From Octopus bimaculoides (lineage: Eukaryota): a stretch of 53,992 nt of DNA. Numbering within the stretch: the first letter of the stretch is position 1; each line of letters opens with the position of its first letter. Location: contig NC_068991.1 in assembly GCF_001194135.2 (NCBI RefSeq), positions 76,909,073 through 76,963,064 on the forward strand. Reading direction: 5' to 3'. Below the pieces are notes generated by a model, which saw only the letters and a list, made by a program, of their open reading frames with translations, had not been told where the DNA came from and searched no databases. The translations under genes were made by a program, and so were the position numbers. Shown here piece after piece: positions 50,424-53,992 of the stretch.

Positions 50424-50697
50424 GTACAAGTAGGAGTTCACCAAAGATTGATTCTCAGACTCCTCTAGTTTATCATAGTCCTCCAGGGTATAACAGAGGA
50501 ATTTAAGAGTGGCTGCCCTTGGAAGCTCTTCTATGCTGATGACTTTGTTCTTATTACTGAATTACTACCTGAACTAGAGAGGAAATGTCAGGTGTGGAAG
50601 CAAGGTCTGGAATCTAAGGGCCTTAGAGTTAATTAACTAACACCAAAGTCCTAGTAAGTAGAAAAAATGGACAAATGTCAAATTCTTTCAGAAAAAT
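50424..50697 (+). mobile_element. RTE LINE RT fragment
   Basis: VQVGVHQ...IIVLQGITEEFKSGCPWKLFYADDFVLITE...KQGLESKGLRVN (YADD motif). Confidence 0.88.
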
Positions 50698-50723
50698 GAC
50701 GACGATGATGATGATGATGATGA

Positions 50724-50757
<34 letters not shown>

Positions 50758-50761
<4 letters not shown>

Positions 50762-50875
50762 TCATCATCATCATCATCATCATCGTCGTCGTTTAACGTC
50801 CGCTTTCCATGCTAGCATGGGTTGGACGATTTGACTGAGGACTGGTGGACAAGGAGGTGACACCAGGCTCCAATC
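50758..50875 (-). mobile_element. SINE family A 3' fragment
   Basis: (ATC)n gtcgtttaacgtccgctttccatgctagcatgggttggacg. Confidence 0.88.
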
Positions 50876-51112
50876 ATGTCTGTGTTTGTGATTTGGTATT
50901 TCCTTTGTCCACACATGCTTTTTACTCATTGGTTGTGAACAATGGCTTCACTAACAGCCATTTGCTTGCAGTCTGCTATAAAACATGTCAGGTTTCTTGA
51001 CATGTCTTGACATGACCTGCAATCTTTGTTAACAAATGGGCTCCTTTTCAATGTCATTTATTTCCAGTTCTCTATGTAAGCATGTTCAAGCTGTTGTTTG
51101 ATAGACTGGGTA

Positions 51113-51512
51113 ATGTCGCATTCATTAGGTGAGAAACCAATCCTCACCTCAACAGGACACTCATCAATCTATATTGCAAGTAACTTACACAGAAAATCTC
51201 AGATCTTATTGCTCATAATTAGGCATTTGGAAACAGATGGGGTTGGTTACAGGAAAGGCATTTAACCATAGAAACTTTGCCCCAACATACTTTCTTTTGA
51301 CCCATATAAGCATGGCAAAGAAGATATTATGATGATGACGATGACGATGGGTTCCATTTATCTCTGGACAAACAAATTAACTCAACAATTTTTTTGGTTT
51401 ACCTAATTGTGAGCAATAAGATCTGGGATTTTCTGTGTAAGTTACTTGCAATATGGATTAAAGAGTGTCCTGTTGAGGTGAGGATTTGTTTCTCACCAAA
51501 TGAATGTGACAT
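51113..51512. repeat. 111-bp inverted repeat (51113-51223 / 51402-51512) with a 178-bp spacer
   Basis: Right arm is the reverse complement of the left arm with about 8 mismatches by manual alignment. Confidence 0.92.
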
Positions 51513-52159
51513 AAAAGACAAAAGAAATGAAATGATTTATAAAGAAAAAACCCAAATGTTGTGTATTTTGTGTATTTTTTTCTACAAGCTCAATGAACTA
51601 ATCATTTTCCCATCATTTAACACTGAGTCACTATTTTCTTTCTTTCAAAATACCATTAAATTATTATTGCCTTAATGCTTTATCTTCTGTCAATAGACAA
51701 GAGATGGTTATTTAGATTAAATTTTGTCTTCAGGCTAAATTTTGTATATATCCTAAGACTGCAGTCATTTTTGCTTTCATTATGTGTAACGGGATAAAAT
51801 GAGCTGTTGCTTTTGTTTGCCTGAATTGCCCTATTCAATGGCATAGAATTAAGAGCCCACTGAACCACTAAACTCAGCTCACTTTCCAGACTTTGTAATG
51901 AAGTGTGTAGTTGTGAAAAGAGATGTGCTATCTAGCTAACTGTTCAGCCTGATTTCATATCATTGGTAATTATGTCCGTAAATGCAGAGTAAGCCAGAAT
52001 GAGTATTTGATTGATACTCGTTAGCATTACGACTTAAATTTTGTTATGAAATGGAATGTTTAAAACAAAAAAAAAAAAGGCAACTTTTCAAATTTGATCT
52101 CTTTTTTTCCACCCCAATCCATGCCGTCCACTCTTTCATATTTTCACTATTTATTTTTT

Positions 52160-52380
52160 TCTTTTATTCTTTTATTTGTTTCAGTCATTCAACTGTGGCC
52201 ATGCTTAGAGCACCACGTTTAGTGAACAAATTGACCCCAGGACTTATTCTTTGTAAGCCTAGTACTTATTCTATCAGTCTCTTTTGCCGAACTGAGTTAT
52301 GGGGATGTAAACACACCAGCATCGGTTGTCAAGCGATGGTGAGGAGACAAACATAGACACACAAGCACGCACACACGCAT
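52160..52380 (-). mobile_element. SINE family C, 3' half
   Basis: tcagtcattcaactgtggccatgct...ctttgtaagcctagtacttattctatc...gcatcggttgtcaagcg. Confidence 0.88.
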
Positions 52381-52394
52381 ATACATGGACACAC

Positions 52395-52627
52395 CCTTTG
52401 GTCACAAATGACCATGGGATTGCACCTAGAGAGTTACTGTCTGAGGCACAAGTCCGGGCAAGGTTGTTTATGGAAGACCAGCAGTCGCCCATGCATACCA
52501 GCCCCCTCTCTCCACACCACTGATGTTATCCAAGGGAAAAGCAAAGGCTGATACAGCTTGGCACCAGTGAACTGGAGCAACGTGAAATAAAGTGTCTTGC
52601 TCAAGAACACAACACGCAGCCCGGTCT
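52395..52627 (-). mobile_element. tRNA-derived SINE with a Meta/CORE-like central domain
   Basis: Minus strand: B box gagttcgaatccc followed by gtgttcttgagcaagacactttatttcac, resembling the conserved TGTGTCCTTGGGCAAGACACTT central domain. Confidence 0.7.
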
Positions 52628-52732
52628 GGGATTCGAACTCACAACCTCTTTGTAAACCTAGTACTTATTCTATCGATCTTTTTTGCCGAACCACTAAGTT
52701 ATGGGGAGGTAAACACACCGGCATCGGTTGTC

Positions 52733-52822
<90 letters not shown>

Positions 52823-52995
52823 AACACACAAACACACACACACACATATATGACAGGCTTCTTTCAGTTTCCAGCTGTCAAATCCGCTCACAAGGCTTTG
52901 GTTGGCCCAAGGCTATAGTAGAAGACACTTGCGTGCCACGCAGTGGGAATGAACCCGGAACCTTGTGGTTGGTAAGCAAGCTACCACACAACCAC
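52628..52995 (-). mobile_element. SINE family C with expanded (CA)n
   Basis: ctttgtaaacctagtactt...(CA)n...ttcagtttccagctgtcaaatccgctcacaaggc...gggaatgaacccggaacc. Confidence 0.9.
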
Positions 52996-53914
52996 TCAAA
53001 TACTTCTTTTATATTTCTTTCTTTTCCTTTTGATAATAACCTGCTTATTCAAGGCTCACCTAGGATTAAACCTCAAGAAATAAACAAATAAAAAAATTAT
53101 ACCTGAAATTTGTTAAATATCTCAAATTTCATATAAACGCAAATATCATAATCTAATTGTTGTTGTACTTGGGGATGGTCATATTGCCTGTCCGGTTGGT
53201 GCTGATGAGTTGATCTTCGTCTCATGGTAGACTATAGGCATGCAGACTAAAGGTATATTTATTTTTGACTAGGTTTCAGTTAAAATAATGCAGTACAGTC
53301 AATAACATTGAGTGTATTGCCGGTGATTTCAGAGAAAGTGTGATTTAAGTGTGGATTGAAGAAGGATAAAACTAAATACTAATACACTATAAATTATGCA
53401 CTAATACCCTATACTTTAAGTAGTCGGAAAATAAGGTGTATTCTTCACTTTCATAATAATACTGGCCATGTAAAGTGAAGTGGAATGATTTCAACCAAGT
53501 GGAATGAATATTTGGCCTGGAGAAGTCTCAACATTATAATGATCATTTAAACAGTATAATGCATTTGTTCTCATGCTCTACCTGTATGTAAATATCTCTT
53601 CAGTCATTAGTCTTTTAAGCTCTGGGGCTTCAGCTTCACTTCTGTGTTTTTAAATGGATGACTGATGTCTCTTTTCCTCATAGTACATTGACCTAACATT
53701 TCTCAATAATCTATAGCCAATGTCCAACTGTTTAGTAACCTGTCTTCCCCCTCTCCCACTCTCCACACAGTGCCTGCTGTGGGTTTGAACCAAAACATTT
53801 GAACCGGTTATTCCATTGCTATATTTACATGGCTATGTTGCCCCTACTTTTCTATTAAGAATACTTTTGTACGTCTGTTTATATATATGTACATACTCAG
53901 ACATTTAATAAATC

Positions 53915-53992
53915 TGTGTGTGTATATATATATGTATGTGTGTGTATACGTGTATATATATAATGTATGTATATATATGTATGTATATATAT
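53915..53992. repeat. Degenerate (GT)/(AT) microsatellite
   Basis: Simple repeat at the window end. Confidence 0.95.

Noticed and set aside
50698-50790. ~93-bp (GAT)n-(AT)n-(ATC)n palindrome
   Set aside because: Explained by tail-to-tail RTE and family A (ATG)n tails around self-complementary (AT)n; low complexity.

Overview
This window is AT-rich, repeat-dense metazoan genomic DNA with four assembly gaps. The SINE/LINE/mariner complement resembles coleoid cephalopod (octopus) genomes; that is inference from recognition, not a database result. No protein-coding gene could be called with confidence. Nearly all ORFs in the supplied track come from microsatellites, antisense frames or transposon relics. 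Recognisable content: many copies of at least five SINE-like families, MITEs, a ~2.7 kb RTE LINE, R4/Dong-like and CR1-like LINE fragments, a decayed Gypsy element, Tc1 and DD37D-type mariner relics, and Penelope-like GIY-YIG relics. The most notable signal is a SINE with a tRNA-like Pol III head and a 3' module containing a minimal type I hammerhead ribozyme of the Penelope type (three copies). Two of these copies form a ~550 bp head-to-head palindrome bounded by one 11-12 bp target-site duplication. Also notable are a unique 111-bp inverted repeat at 51.1-51.5 kb and an unidentified CpG-richer decayed-ORF region at 17.8-21.1 kb. Repeat boundaries were set by eye and are approximate (about +/-10-50 bp) unless a TSD or TIR is quoted.
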